From contig CAVOFQ010000002.1 in assembly GCA_963695025.1 (NCBI GenBank), positions 215,272-279,271 on the forward strand: a stretch of 64,000 nucleotides of DNA, written 5' to 3'. The notes beneath the pieces were generated by a model. The model had not been told where the DNA came from. It was given only the letters and a program-made list of their open reading frames with translations, and searched no databases. Each line of letters begins with the position of its first letter. Within the stretch, counting starts at the first letter, position 1. The stretch comes from an uncultured Actinomycetes bacterium (GTDB lineage Bacteria > Actinomycetota > Thermoleophilia > Gaiellales > JAICJC01). Below are positions 35,973-46,384 of this stretch, piece after piece. A program made the position numbers and the translations under genes.

Positions 35973-37896
35973 CTAACGGCCGTCGCGGGGGATGCGCTCG
36001 CGCCAGCTGCGGGCGTGGAACGGCCGGCCGTCACGGGTGACCTCGAGGTCGAGCTCGACGACGAAGTCCGACTCGGTGCACGTGAACCGCCCGCTCGCCT
36101 CCGCGACGACGTCCATCCCCGGGCGACGCAGCACGAAGCGCGTGCGCCCCTCCACCCGGGCCGAGAGCGGGTCGTCGTCGCGCACGCCGGTCGAGTAGAC
36201 GTGCGCCCTCCTCGCACCGCAGGCCCTCGTCCGGAAACTCGAAAGCCGACCAGTCGGCCGCGTCGATCCCCGCCATACCGGTCTCCTCGTCGCGGGCGAT
36301 CTCCCACCGCGACGGCCGGTCGCTCCCCACCCCCTCCGTCCACGTCACCGACACCACGTCGGTCGCGGGCGTGTACGGCTCGGCGTCGTCGGGCACGCCC
36401 GGCAACACCAGCTCGACCGCGGTCGTCACATGCACCGGCTCGAGCCGCGGCAGCGGCCACAGGCATGGCCAGTCGTTGGCGGCGACCGCAACCCGGATCC
36501 GGTGCCCGGGCCGAAACCTCCAGCCGGTCGCCATCAGATCGAGCTCCACGGCCGCCTCGCCGTCGCAGGCGAGGTTGACCGAGCCGCGCGTGACCGGCTG
36601 CGACTCGCCGCCGGGGGCGACGTCGTTCAGCTTGACCGACACGATCGCGCGCGGCCCGGGATGTGCGATCGCAAACCGCACCCGCGGCACGCCCAGCACC
36701 GCCACCGGGCCGGCGAGCGGCTCGCACTCGAAGCACGCGCTGCGGGCCTCGTCGAGGCGCTGGTCTGCGAAGAGGCCGCTGTCGGGCGGCGGCGGGCACC
36801 AGTTCCCGGTGGCGACTCCAACCGAGGCCGAGGCGGGGGCGGCGCGCGGCGACCCCAGTGTCAGCACCGTCTCGGATGTCGACCCCGGCCAAAGCGCGCT
36901 CGAGATCCACTCGCCCGACACCCGCTCGGGCGGCGAAACGGGCGAGTCGTGCTCCTCGATGAACACCACCGACCGCGGCCGGGCGGCACCGGCCTCCTCC
37001 GAGCCGGGCTCGAGGTGCGTGCGAAAGAACCGGATCAGCTCGCGCATGAAGGGATACACCGGCCGGGGCACGCCCCGGTCGGGGGCGACGTGCGTCCACG
37101 GCCCGGCCAGGAGCTGCCACGGGCTCCGCAGCCGGCGGGCCATCCGCAGGCCCGCGGTGCGATAGCCGTCGTGCCAGCCCGAGACGATGAAGACTGGGCA
37201 CTCGATCCGCTCGTAGTCGGGCCGCAGCGACCCATTGCGCCAGTACGGGCCGTCATGCTGCTCGGTCAGCCACCGCACGGCCCAGGGCGGCGTCGAGTCG
37301 ATCCGCTCCCGCCAGCGAGTGTCGAACTCCGGCCCCTCGCCGTCACCCGGCGGGAGCGCGTTCATGCCGATCATGCGGATCGGATAGTTGCTGAGCTCGA
37401 ACGCCGCCACCGCACCGCCGTCGTAGTGCATGTCGTCGGTGTAGCGGTCATCGGTGGCGTACACCGGTGCGATCGCCCGTAGCGCGGGCGGCCGGCGGGC
37501 GGCGAGCTGGATGCACGAGAAGCCGCCGTAGGACTTCCCCCACGACCCCACGTTGCCGTTGCACCACTCCTGCCGCGCGATCCAGTCGACCACCTCGACG
37601 CCGTCGAGCTGCTCGGCCTCGGTGTACTCGTCCTCCGCCACCCCCTCGGAACCGCCGGTGCCGCGCACGTCCAGCCGCACGCACACGAACCCGGCCTCGA
37701 CCAGCACGATGTTCTGGCCGCGGTCCTGCAGCGCCCGCAGATCGTCCTTGCGGTAGGGGATGTGCTCGAGGATGGCGCCGAACCGGCCGGGACGGTCGGG
37801 CCGGTAGACGTCGGCGGACAGGTGCACGCCGTCGCGCATGAGGATCCGGACGTCTCGTTCGAGCACGATCTGCCCACCGGCCGTTGAGAGGTGCAT
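35973..37896 (-). pseudogene. CocE/NonD family hydrolase (S15 X-Pro dipeptidyl-peptidase-like), paralogue 1, frame disrupted near its 3' end (or sequencing error)
   Basis: MHLSTAGGQIVLERD.. contains GKSYGGF (nucleophile elbow). The C-terminal 70 aa lie in ORF 35973..36185, which aligns with the paralogue tail DDDPLSA..ERIPR. The +1 junction is near 36199-36208. Length is 3n+1. Confidence 0.8.
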
Positions 37897-39830
37897 CACA
37901 CGCCCCGGCGTGGGATCCGCTCCTTCCAGCGGCGCTCGGCAAAGGGCTCTCCGTCGGCGGTGACGCGCAGCCTCAGGTCGACAAGGAACTCGTCGGCCGT
38001 TGCCCGAAACCGCGACTCGGCATGCACGCGGGCCTCGAGCCCGGGTCGCTTCAGGTGGTAGCGCCAGTTGCCCCTGACCGCGGCGGAGAGCGGATCGTCG
38101 TCGCCCGCCATCGCCCAGCGGCTGCCGGACTCGGTCACCGACCAGCCCTCGGCGGGGATCGCCTCGGTGGCGCGCATGGCGGTCACGATCCCGGCCTGCC
38201 CGGTGAGCACGTCGGTCATGACATCCCATCGCGACTGCGCGGCCGTCGCGGCGCCCGGCTGGGCGATCGCCACCATCGGCTCGTCCGCAGGCTCGAACGC
38301 CACCGCGTCGGCCGGCAGACCGGGCAGCTCGAGCTCGACCGCCGAGAGGATCTCGAGCGGCGCGACCTCCGGCAGCGGCCACAGGTTGGGCCAGTCGGCG
38401 ACCGCCACGGCGACCCGGATCCGGTGTCCGGCCGCAAACCGCCAGCCGGCCGCCATGAGCGGCAGCTCCAGCGACGTCTCGCCGGCGACCGCGATGTTCA
38501 CCGCGGCGGTCGTGACCGGCTGCGACGAGCCGTCCGGAGCGACGTTGTGGAGCTTGACCGACACCAGCGTCCGCGGCCCGGGATGGCGGATCCGCACGCG
38601 CACGATCGGCTCTCCGAAGAGCCCCACCGGCGCGGCCAGCGGCTCGCCCTCGAAGACGGCGCTGAGCGCATCGTCACGCGACTGATCCAGGAACTGGCCG
38701 GTCGCCGGAGGCGGCGGGCACCACTGCCCGGTCATGACCCCCGTCGTCACCCGCGCCGGCGCCACCGCCGGCCTGCCAAGCGTGACGCGGGTGCGCTGGA
38801 CGCCCTCCGGCCAGCGCTCCGAGCTCAGCCATTCCCCCGAGACGACCGCGTGCGGGCGCACCGGCGTGTCGGGGCTGCCGATGAAGAACACCGACCGCGG
38901 CCGGTCGTCAGCCGGCTCGGCATCGGGCCCGCCCAGGTGACGGTGAAAGAACCGCGCCATCTCGGCCAGGAACGGGTAGCGCGGACCGGGAACGCCGCGA
39001 TCGGGCAGCTTGTGGGCCCACGGCCCCGCGAGCAGCTCCCAGGGCGACTCGAGGTTGTGCGCCATCCGCACCGCGGCGGTGCGGTAGCCGTCCCGCCAGC
39101 CCGCACAGATGAGCACCGGGCACACGATCCGCCGGTAGTCGGGCCGCAGCGAGCCGTTGCGCCAGTAGGGGCCGTCGTGCTGCCGGCGGATCCACTCGAC
39201 CACCCATGCGGGGGTTTCCTCGATGCGGCGGCGCCAGGTGCGGTCGAACTCGGCGTCGCGCCCCCCGAGGGGCGGCAGGGCGTTCATCGCGAGCATCTCG
39301 GTCGGGTATCCGGGCAGGCTGCTGGCATTGAGCGCCCCGCCGTGGAAGTGCATGTCGTCGGTGAAGCGATCGTCCGTCGCATAGACGGGCGCGATCGCGC
39401 CCAGAGCCGGAGGGCGCATCGCCGCGAGCTGGATGCAGCTGAACCCACCGTAGGACACGCCCCACGACGCCACCGCGCCGGTGCACCACGGCTGGGCCGC
39501 CATCCACGCAACGACGTCACAACCGTCGGCCTGCTCGGTCTCGGTGTACTCGTCCTCGGCCACGCCCTGCGAGCTGCCGGTGCCGCGCACGTCCAGGCGC
39601 ACGCACGCGAAGCCGGCGTTGACGAGAAAGCTGTTCTGCGACCGGTCCTCGATCGCCCGCAGGTCGTCCTTGCGGTAGGGGATGTGCTCGAGGATGGCGG
39701 GGAACCGGCCGGGCCGGTTGGGCCGGTACACATCCACCGAGAGCCGCACTCCGTCGCGCACGACCACCCCGACGTCCCGCTCGAGAAGGACGTTTCCGTC
39801 GCCAAGCTCGAGGGTACGAGAGCCTTCCAT
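37896..39830 (-). CDS. CocE/NonD family hydrolase, paralogue 2
   Basis: I prefer the start MEGSRTLELGDGNVLLERD at 39830. GVSYGGF is present and the protein is clearly paralogous to the downstream gene throughout. Its TGA overlaps the downstream ATG (TGATG). Confidence 0.85.
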   Translation of the reverse strand: MEGSRTLELGDGNVLLERDVGVVVRDGVRLSVDVYRPNRPGRFPAILEHIPYRKDDLRAIEDRSQNSFLVNAGFACVRLDVRGTGSSQGVAEDEYTETEQADGCDVVAWMAAQPWCTGAVASWGVSYGGFSCIQLAAMRPPALGAIAPVYATDDRFTDDMHFHGGALNASSLPGYPTEMLAMNALPPLGGRDAEFDRTWRRRIEETPAWVVEWIRRQHDGPYWRNGSLRPDYRRIVCPVLICAGWRDGYRTAAVRMAHNLESPWELLAGPWAHKLPDRGVPGPRYPFLAEMARFFHRHLGGPDAEPADDRPRSVFFIGSPDTPVRPHAVVSGEWLSSERWPEGVQRTRVTLGRPAVAPARVTTGVMTGQWCPPPPATGQFLDQSRDDALSAVFEGEPLAAPVGLFGEPIVRVRIRHPGPRTLVSVKLHNVAPDGSSQPVTTAAVNIAVAGETSLELPLMAAGWRFAAGHRIRVAVAVADWPNLWPLPEVAPLEILSAVELELPGLPADAVAFEPADEPMVAIAQPGAATAAQSRWDVMTDVLTGQAGIVTAMRATEAIPAEGWSVTESGSRWAMAGDDDPLSAAVRGNWRYHLKRPGLEARVHAESRFRATADEFLVDLRLRVTADGEPFAERRWKERIPRRGV

Positions 39831-40026
39831 GGGCGGCGAGGCTACCACTCCAACCGCCGGACGGCGCGCGACCGCCGGCACGCCCGCCGCGGTTGACACG
39901 CGGCAGCGATCAGGGAAAACTGCCCTTTCCCGAGCCGTCCGCTCTATTCCGCACTACTTCAGTGGGAAATGTCGGTACCATGCCGCCTCACCCGCTCTCA
40001 CCTTCCAACCTCCGGAGGTACATGCC

Positions 40027-41160
40027 GTGAACACCGACGACCATCCCCCTCTCGATCCGCTCACCCGTGGGACGCTGCTGCGCCGCGCGGGCACCGGCGC
40101 CCTCGGCCTGTCGGCCGCGTCTTGGCTGGCGGCGTGCGGCAGCTCAGGCTCCTCCGGTTCGTCGGCAGCGGGCGGCGGCTCGAGCTCCGGGGCGATCACC
40201 GGCCAGGCGATTCTCAGCAACTACCCCGGCTGGATGGGGAAGCACAACCTCGCCGATTTCGCCAAGAAGTACCCCGGGGCGTCCATCAAGATGATCACGA
40301 ACGCCACGTCGAGCAGCGCTGAGGTGGTCCTCCAGTTCAAGAGCAAGCAGTACGACTTCCTGCTTTCCGACACCACCGATTCCGGCCAGGCGAACGCCGC
40401 CAACCTGATCACGCAGCTCGACTGGTCGAAGATCCCAAACGCCAAGAACATCTCACCGCAGTTCCGTGCGGCGTATCCCTGGGGGCTGCCGACCGACTAC
40501 GGCAAGGTCGGCATCGCGTACCGGCCCGACCTCGTCGGCGGCGCCACGATCACGAGCTGGAAGGACTTCTGGGATCTGATCCCCAAGTACTCCGGCCAGA
40601 CGATCTTCATCGATCTCGAGCGCGACTGCATGGGATCGACCTGCAAGTACCTCGGCTTCTCATCGAACACCACGGATCCCGGTGAGATGAAGAAGGTGCA
40701 GGACGCGATCGTCGGCGTGAAGCCGCACCTGAAGGCGTTCCTCAACACGAACGTCGGCGCCGGCCTCGTCAACGGCTCGACCGCCATGGCGATGGACTGG
40801 GACTACGACGTGGCCCTGCTGCAGCAGCAGAACAACAAGATCAAATGGGTGCTGCCCGATGAGGGCGTCCACGCGTACCTCGAAGGCTTCACCGCGGTGC
40901 AGGACACGAGCAAGATCGACGTGATCCAGGCGTTCCTGAACTTCCTCGCCGAGCCCGCGCAGTACGCCGACTTCGTCAACACCACCGGCACGGCGTACAT
41001 GATCCCCGCGTCGACCCCGCTGATCAAGAAGTCGATCTCGCAGAACCCGATTCTGGTTCCGACCAAAGCAGTGCTGGCCAAGACCGAGTTCGACAAGTAT
41101 CTGGGCGCCGATGGAACGACGCTCTGGTCAAACACGTGGACAGCAATCAAGGCAGCGTAA
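40027..41160 (+). CDS. ABC substrate-binding lipoprotein, spermidine/putrescine (PotD/PotF)-like, Tat-type signal
   Basis: GTG at 40027 sits 8 nt after GGAGG. TRGTLLRRAGTGALGLSAASWLAACG combines a twin-Arg motif with a lipobox. The body resembles PotD-family binding proteins. Confidence 0.8.
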   Translation: MNTDDHPPLDPLTRGTLLRRAGTGALGLSAASWLAACGSSGSSGSSAAGGGSSSGAITGQAILSNYPGWMGKHNLADFAKKYPGASIKMITNATSSSAEVVLQFKSKQYDFLLSDTTDSGQANAANLITQLDWSKIPNAKNISPQFRAAYPWGLPTDYGKVGIAYRPDLVGGATITSWKDFWDLIPKYSGQTIFIDLERDCMGSTCKYLGFSSNTTDPGEMKKVQDAIVGVKPHLKAFLNTNVGAGLVNGSTAMAMDWDYDVALLQQQNNKIKWVLPDEGVHAYLEGFTAVQDTSKIDVIQAFLNFLAEPAQYADFVNTTGTAYMIPASTPLIKKSISQNPILVPTKAVLAKTEFDKYLGADGTTLWSNTWTAIKAA

Positions 41161-42056
41161 CCATCGAGCACGTCGCGGCGCCGCCCTCTCTGCCTCCGAG
41201 GGGGCGGCGCTTCGATTCGCACCGGTTGGCGCGACTCGCGCTGCTCCTGCCCACGCTGGTCATCACGGCGGTCTGTTTCGTCGTGCCGCTCGGCCTGATT
41301 GCGCTGTACTCATTCGGGTCGGTCAACCAGGTCAACTTCGACGTCTTCTTCGGCTGGACGACGGGCAACTACCGCGCGTTCACGTCGGCGCTGTACGTGC
41401 ACACCCTTGCCCGTAGCGTGATCCTCTCGGTCTCGACCACGCTCGTATGTGCGGTGATCGGATTCACGTTCGCATACTTCATCAGCCGTCAGAGCCCGAA
41501 GGCGCAGCGACTGCTCCTCGTGGCGGTGATCGTGCCGTTCTGGACGAGCTTCATCGTGCGCACCTACTCGTGGGTCGACCTGCTTCAGAACCTGGGTCCG
41601 ATCGATCGCTTTGCGCGCACGCTGGGGCTGCACGGACACATCAACCTCCTGTACACGCCGTACTCGATCGGAATCGGGATTCTCTACTCCTACCTGCCGC
41701 TCATGATCCTGCCGATCTACGTCTCGCTGGAGCGGATCGATCCGGCGTTGTTTGACGCGGCCGAGGATCTGGGCGCCACGCCGTGGCGGCAATTTCGCCG
41801 GGTGGTGCTGCCGCTGGCCGTGCCCGGCCTCATCGCCGGAATCATCATCGTCGGCGTCCCCGCGCTCGGTGAGTACGTGATCCCCCAGATCCTGGGCGGC
41901 GGCAAGACGCTGATGGCCGGAAACATCCTCGCCGACCAGTTCCTCGAGACCGGCAACTATCCGTTCGGCTCGGCACTGGCCGTGAGCATCATGGTGGTGC
42001 TGATGGTGCTCCTGTTCTTGCTCCGCCGCGCCCAACCCGCCCCGGAGCCGCAGTGA
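41136..42056 (+). CDS. ABC transporter permease (PotB-like)
   Basis: 306 aa, 6 TM, with the EAA loop [25 protein letters not shown]. Confidence 0.9.
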   Translation: MDSNQGSVTIEHVAAPPSLPPRGRRFDSHRLARLALLLPTLVITAVCFVVPLGLIALYSFGSVNQVNFDVFFGWTTGNYRAFTSALYVHTLARSVILSVSTTLVCAVIGFTFAYFISRQSPKAQRLLLVAVIVPFWTSFIVRTYSWVDLLQNLGPIDRFARTLGLHGHINLLYTPYSIGIGILYSYLPLMILPIYVSLERIDPALFDAAEDLGATPWRQFRRVVLPLAVPGLIAGIIIVGVPALGEYVIPQILGGGKTLMAGNILADQFLETGNYPFGSALAVSIMVVLMVLLFLLRRAQPAPEPQ

Positions 42057-42883
42057 AGATCCGCCGCCACCCCTTCGCCGCCGGTCTCAGCCTGCTGGTG
42101 CTGCTGTTCATGTGGCTGCCGCTGATTGTCGTGGGGGTGAACTCGTTCAACCAGCAGACGATCATGGCCGGCTGGGGCGGGTTCACGACGCACTGGTACA
42201 GCCTGGCGCTGCACGACCAGAACGTGCGCACGGGGCTGCGGACGACGCTCTACATCGCGATCGCCTCGTCGCTTCTCTCGCTCGTCATCGCGGTGTCGGG
42301 TGCGCTCTGGTGGCGGCGCGCGTCTCCGAAGGCCCGAGCGGTGTACGACGGAATGATCTACGCCAGGATCATCCTGCCCGAGGTCGTGTTCGCAACAGCG
42401 CTCTTCTTCCTCTTCCTGAAGATCCACTACACCCTCGGGCTGACCGCGATCGTGATCGGCCACACGGTGTGGAACTCGGCCTACGCGGCGATCATCGTGC
42501 AGGCCCGGATGGCGAGCCTCGACCCGGCGCTCGAAGAGGCCGCCGCCGACCTGGGAGCCACGCCGTGGCGCGCGTTCCGGCGCGTGACGCTCTCGGCGCT
42601 TCTGCCGGCGATCATCGCCGCCGGCCTGCTGGCATTCACGTTCTCGTTCGATGACGTCGTCACGTCCGTGTTCCTGCAGGGCGCATCGAACTCGCCGCTG
42701 CCGGTCGTCATCCTGGGAATGATCCGGTTTCGGATCACGCCGGAGATCAACGCGATCGGTCTGCTGGTGATGCTCTTCACCGTGACCCTTATGAGCGTCG
42801 CCGTGGTCATCTACGCGACCGCCGGGTCGCTTGGGCGTTCCGGGCGCCGGGGCAACATGCTCGATATGTATCGAGGAAAATGA
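42053..42883 (+). CDS. ABC transporter permease (PotC-like)
   Basis: 276 aa with the EAA loop [29 protein letters not shown]-type overlaps occur at both ends. Confidence 0.9.
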   Translation: MKIRRHPFAAGLSLLVLLFMWLPLIVVGVNSFNQQTIMAGWGGFTTHWYSLALHDQNVRTGLRTTLYIAIASSLLSLVIAVSGALWWRRASPKARAVYDGMIYARIILPEVVFATALFFLFLKIHYTLGLTAIVIGHTVWNSAYAAIIVQARMASLDPALEEAAADLGATPWRAFRRVTLSALLPAIIAAGLLAFTFSFDDVVTSVFLQGASNSPLPVVILGMIRFRITPEINAIGLLVMLFTVTLMSVAVVIYATAGSLGRSGRRGNMLDMYRGK

Positions 42884-43969
42884 CCGACGCCGCCGTTGAC
42901 ATCATTGGAGTCGGCAAGCGCTTCGGCGACCTGGTCGCGGTACGCAACCTCGACCTGCGCATCGAGCCCGGCGAGTTCTTCTCGATCATCGGCCCGTCGG
43001 GCTGCGGCAAGACCACGACGCTGCGCATGATCGCCGGGTTCGAGGACCCCACCGCCGGGCGGATCAGCGTGGGCGGGCGTGACATGACCGGCGTGCGCCC
43101 GTACCGGCGTCCCGTCAACACCGTGTTCCAGAGCTACGCGCTGTTTCCGCACCTCGACGTGTACGAGAACATCGCCTTCGGCCTGCGCGAGGCGAAGGTC
43201 GCCAAGGCCGAGGTGCGCACCCGGGTCGGCGAGGCGGTCAGCCTGGTGCAGCTCGAAGGCCGCGAGCGGTCACGTCCGCGGCAGCTCTCGGGGGGCCAGC
43301 AGCAGCGGGTCGCACTCGCCAGGGCGCTCGTCAACCGGCCCGAGGTGCTGCTCCTGGACGAGCCGCTGGGAGCGCTCGACCTCAAGCTGCGCACCGACAT
43401 GCAGAGCCAGCTCAAGGATCTCCAGCGCACCGTCGGCGTGACGTTCTGTTATGTCACCCACGATCAGGGCGAGGCGTTCTCGATGTCCGACCGGGTGGCG
43501 GTGATGAACCATGGGCTGCTCGGAGCAGGTGGGCAGGCCCGAGGACATCTACCACCGGCCCGCATCGGCGTTCGTGGCCGACTTCGTCGGCACCGCCAAC
43601 CGGTTCCCCGGGCGGATCGAGAGCGGCGGGACGGGGCGCTACTCCGTCGCGATCGACGGCATCGGCACCCGCGGGGTGCGCGGCCCCGATGGGCTCACGG
43701 CAGGTTCGCAGGTGCTCGTCCTGGTGCGACCGGAAAACCTGCGGTTGAGCGAGCACACCGAAGATGGCCACGCGGGCCTGCTGGCCAGCGTGGTCGATGC
43801 GGCATTCCTCGGCGCCGAGCGGACGGTGCGGCTTCACTCACCCGTGCTCGGCGAGCTGACCGCGGCCGCCCGCGGCGCCGGCCCCGCGCCGGAGCGCGGG
43901 GCACGGGTCGAGCTCTCGTGGTCGGACGACGAAGCCTGGCTGATTCCGGCGGCACAGCCGCCGTCGTAG
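42880..43969 (+). pseudogene. ABC transporter ATP-binding protein (PotA-like), frame disrupted (or sequencing error)
   Basis: [17 protein letters not shown] and [11 protein letters not shown] are in frame 1. The C-terminal regulatory domain lies in the +1 ORF 43511..43969. Removing one G at 43522-43523 restores [24 protein letters not shown]. Length is 3n+1. Confidence 0.85.
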
Positions 43970-43991
43970 CGTCAGTCCTCTGCGCCCCAGA

Positions 43992-44582
43992 TCAAGCGAT
44001 AGCGTCGACGGCGCGGGTGAGCGTCCGCCATTGGTGATTCCAGCTTTGCCTTGGTGAGGCGGCGACGATCACGGTTCGCCTGATCGGCGTCTGTGCCAGG
44101 CATGCGATCTCGATGTATCGAGCGGTGCGGGTCGAGTAGGCGTCCTGGACGCAGGTGGCGATGGTCCTTATGCCGAGCCGGACCTGGTGGCGGGCGGCGA
44201 GGAGTTGCACATGTTGGTCGCCTTCCTCGCTGTTGTGGTGCAGTCGGAAGCCGACCCACGTGCCGAGTCGTTCGCCGGCGACCGCGGGTGTCGCGTTGAG
44301 ATAGGCAAGGGGGCGGTCGGGGTTTCGGCCAAGCTCGAAGGTGACGGAGCCTGGATCGCCCGATACCCCGTGCCAGGTTGCCGGGGCCGTCAGGATGACG
44401 CCCCCGGCAACCGAGCGAACTTGCATCCAGTTATGCGGGGCAGCGGCATGGTGCAGCAGCGAAACGACGCTGACATCTCCCCTCTGCCCGCGGTTGCTGG
44501 ACGCGGCAGACGACCCGCACGCCGACACCACCAAGACCAGAGCCAGGCTGAGGGCGAAGGCTGTCCGGGACGACCACCGCAT
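43992..44582 (-). CDS. hypothetical lipoprotein
   Basis: The internal ATG at 44582 gives [25 protein letters not shown] (lipobox). 196 aa, no recognisable domain. Confidence 0.55.
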   Translation of the reverse strand: MRWSSRTAFALSLALVLVVSACGSSAASSNRGQRGDVSVVSLLHHAAAPHNWMQVRSVAGGVILTAPATWHGVSGDPGSVTFELGRNPDRPLAYLNATPAVAGERLGTWVGFRLHHNSEEGDQHVQLLAARHQVRLGIRTIATCVQDAYSTRTARYIEIACLAQTPIRRTVIVAASPRQSWNHQWRTLTRAVDAIA

Positions 44583-44595
44583 CCTCGCGGCTGAC

Positions 44596-44817
44596 TCAGA
44601 TCCCGCCATCGCCGTCGCTTGGGCCACCGGAGTTATCGCCATCGCCATCGCCGCCACCGTTCTGGGGGATACTTGACGGGGACGACTGGGTCGATGCGGA
44701 AGCTCCTGCGCCGGCGTGGTGCTTGGGATGATTCGCGCCGGTATGGCCGCCCATACCGCCGCACGCCGTGGCCGTCATCACCACTCCCAATACCAACACA
44801 AGCATCTTTGTGTGCAT
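44596..44817 (-). CDS. small His/Met-rich, Gly-Asp-rich lipoprotein
   Basis: The ATG at 44817 gives MHTKMLVLVLGVVMTATACGGMGGHTGANHPKHH..GGGDGDGDNSGGPSDGDGGI (73 aa). AAGGA lies upstream. Confidence 0.5.
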   Translation of the reverse strand: MHTKMLVLVLGVVMTATACGGMGGHTGANHPKHHAGAGASASTQSSPSSIPQNGGGDGDGDNSGGPSDGDGGI

Positions 44818-45030
44818 CACACTCACATCCTTCGGGGTTCGTGATCTGGGAACACCCAAACTACGCAACCAGCCCCCGGTCGGATTGCACATACGCCATC
44901 CTTGGCGGTCGAGCGTCCTGTGAATCCGTTTGCGGAGTAGTCCGGTACTCGACCGGCTGTCGTTGTTGATGATTCAGCACGCTCTGGATCGGGAGGGAGG
45001 GCCAGTACCTTTGCCCCGAACATGGCATGG

Positions 45031-45600
45031 TCAGGTGCGACTGGCCCGCATCACGATGGTGCCGTTGCCGGGGTGCGTGACGGATTCGCGTGTGATCCAG
45101 CAGCGCACCCACTGGGTATTGGTGGGGGCGTTGAGATGGACGGTCGCCATACCGTTCGAGGCGGCGTTGAATGCGACCCCCGGTACCTGCCGGCCGCCTG
45201 TTTGGAACCAGATCTCGTAGTACTGGTCGCGCGGGGCGGGGTGGAGATGCCGGATCGAGACCACAACGGGCTCGATGGCGCCGGTCGCGCGTCCGACCGA
45301 GACCTCGCCGGAGGCGTTGCCGGCGCCGGTGAGTGTGGCGATGCGCTGAAACCCGGTTTGCGGGCCGGATTGTGACGTCAGGGTGACGGTCACGGCGATG
45401 GCCGCGGCCGCGGCGACGGCGGCGCCGGCGAATGACCACCGCCGCACGCTCCGGCGCGGCGCTCGCCGGATGCGCGGCGTCGGGCCGATGTCCTCGATCG
45501 CGGCCCGAATGGACGGCGCGACGAGGCTGGGCGGCACTTCGAGGAGCGGCGGGAGTGTGTGCAGCCTGCGCTCGAGAGTTTCCAGTTCGTGCTCGCTCAT
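45031..45600 (-). CDS. anti-sigma factor, RskA (anti-sigma-K) C-terminal domain type
   Basis: MSEHELETLERRL.. followed by one TM (WSFAGAAVAAAAAIAVTV) and an extracytoplasmic YYEIWFQTGGRQVPGVAF..ITRE pattern. The ATGA overlaps the sigma gene. Confidence 0.7.
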   Translation of the reverse strand: MSEHELETLERRLHTLPPLLEVPPSLVAPSIRAAIEDIGPTPRIRRAPRRSVRRWSFAGAAVAAAAAIAVTVTLTSQSGPQTGFQRIATLTGAGNASGEVSVGRATGAIEPVVVSIRHLHPAPRDQYYEIWFQTGGRQVPGVAFNAASNGMATVHLNAPTNTQWVRCWITRESVTHPGNGTIVMRASRT

Positions 45601-46211
45601 CCGTGTCCCTCCTGCTCCAGGATCTCGGCGAGATGCATCAGGGCGGCGCGGTTTCGCGTCTTCACGGTGCCCAGCGGGATGTCGAGCTCGGTCGCGATCT
45701 CGCTCTGCGACATGCCCTTCAGGTAGGCGAGCTCGATGATCTCGCGCTCGTTCTGGGCCAATCGCTCGATGCATACATGCAGCCGAAACGCATCCAACTT
45801 CGCAGCCGCCTGATCCTCCGGTGTCGGCGCGGGGTCGATACTGTCGGGTGCGTCAACGAGCCACTGGGCCTGGCGGCGGCGGGCGGCGTCATAGCCGGCG
45901 TTTCGTGCGATCGTGTACAGCCATCCGGTCACGGCACCGCGCTCGGGACGGTATGTACGGGCGAACCGCCACACGGCGATGAATGCTTCCTGGACGACGT
46001 CGTCGGCCCATCCGGCGTCGCCCAACTGCCTGACCATCAGCGAGTAGACGGATCGCGCGTAACGGCTGAAGAACTCCTCGAAGGCTGTCTGGTCGCGATC
46101 CTCGGCGACGAGCGCCAAAAGATCCACGTCCGACAGTCTGGTGTAATCCGACAACGACAGGGGCCGCTCGGAGATGTGCCGAGCTCGTGAAGTCAGGGAT
46201 CCGAGCGTCAC
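45597..46211 (-). CDS. ECF (group IV) RNA polymerase sigma factor
   Basis: Region 2 is FEEFFSRYARSVYSLMVRQLGD..DVVQEAFIAVW. Region 4 is REIIELAYLKGMSQSEIATELDIPLGTVKTR. I chose the GTG at 46211 (AAGGGG upstream) over the track start at 46319. Confidence 0.85.
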   Translation of the reverse strand: MTLGSLTSRARHISERPLSLSDYTRLSDVDLLALVAEDRDQTAFEEFFSRYARSVYSLMVRQLGDAGWADDVVQEAFIAVWRFARTYRPERGAVTGWLYTIARNAGYDAARRRQAQWLVDAPDSIDPAPTPEDQAAAKLDAFRLHVCIERLAQNEREIIELAYLKGMSQSEIATELDIPLGTVKTRNRAALMHLAEILEQEGHG

Positions 46212-46384
46212 TCTACCCCTTCTAGCCGGCAACACCTGGATCGGATTGCCCGGAGCGCGGCCGACCCGCACCTGGCCGGTTGCGAAAACCGATTTGCGCC
46301 GAGCGTCGGTAACCGCCACAGAGCACGATCCGACAACGATTCCGACCAGAGTCGAGATCGGATACCCCTACTTCAGGAGCAACC

